Source of the DNA: a virus
DNA length: 64,000 nucleotides
IMG/VR virus record: IMGVR_UViG_3300028840_002190
Direction: 5' to 3' (one strand)
This document shows, piece after piece, positions 63,671 through 64,000 of this stretch. Under the pieces are notes generated by a model, which was not told the origin of the DNA, searched no databases, and saw nothing but the letters and a program-made list of their open reading frames with translations. The stretch's first letter is position 1, and every line of letters begins with the position of its first letter. The translations under genes were made by a program, and so were the position numbers.

Positions 63671-64000
63671 TCACCACTCCGTGTAGACTTCAATGTTGTC
63701 ACCGTACTTCTCTTTCAGAGACTCGATGATGTAGCGCTTCAGCTCTCCGCAGCTCGGGTCACACTCCGAGATCTCGATCATGTAAGCGCCCTCTCCCTCG
63801 TTGTCGATGCAGTAACGCGTCGCAAAGCAGTGGAGGTCACCCCAGTTGATGGCGTCCTTCTTGAAACGCTCTTTGAACTCCTGGACGCCATCTATTTGGT
63901 CCTTGGCTCGCTTAAGAGCCGTGATGATGACCACCGCCTGGTCTTCCGACGGGAGGTCCTCTTCGGTGAGCTCGCTGATCTCCTCAGCAATGAACGCTGC
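63671..64000 (-). CDS. Hypothetical protein, 5' end beyond the window
   Basis: The frame of ORF 63671-63934 stays open to position 64000. Confidence 0.6.
   Translation of the reverse strand, partial: AAFIAEEISELTEEDLPSEDQAVVIITALKRAKDQIDGVQEFKERFKKDAINWGDLHCFATRYCIDNEGEGAYMIEISECDPSCGELKRYIIESLKEKYGDNIEVYTEW

Noticed and set aside
1-64000. Stop-codon reassignment
   Set aside because: TAA, TAG and TGA all end long, well-formed genes, and coding density is high under code 11

Overview
The window is a 64-kb segment of a large contractile-tailed (myovirus-like) phage genome in standard genetic code. No tRNA, rRNA, CRISPR array or transposase was seen. Left: an RuvC-like resolvase and a class II (B12-dependent) ribonucleotide reductase on the + strand. 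4.2-34 kb: one minus-strand tail/baseplate operon. It holds the tail assembly chaperone with a predicted -1 frameshift, tape measure, several fibre/RBP proteins, a spherulin-4/GH135-like glycosidase on a higher-GC patch, baseplate hub, an embedded sigma70-family sigma factor, an amidase, and gp25-like, baseplate J-like and wedge proteins. 34-43 kb (+): family-4 uracil-DNA glycosylase, DinG helicase, small Zn-finger proteins, a secreted lytic-transglycosylase-like protein, a ~680-nt hairpin-dense non-coding gap (candidate large structured RNA), dNMP kinase and a holin-like protein. 44-59 kb: basic, glycine-zipper-rich proteins sharing a short amphipathic leader and K-x-A/S junction motifs. Here a coupled operon carries a poxvirus D6/D11-like SNF2 helicase and a nucleotidyltransferase fused to a putative ADP-ribosyltransferase. 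I infer these are head-packaged, protease-processed, injected cargo; this and the ncRNA candidate are the best leads for an undescribed system. The rest is small hypothetical early-type genes, plus an Asp-repeat/Cys-rich lipoprotein suggesting a Myxococcota/deltaproteobacterial host. All family assignments come from motif recognition by eye; no database search was run.
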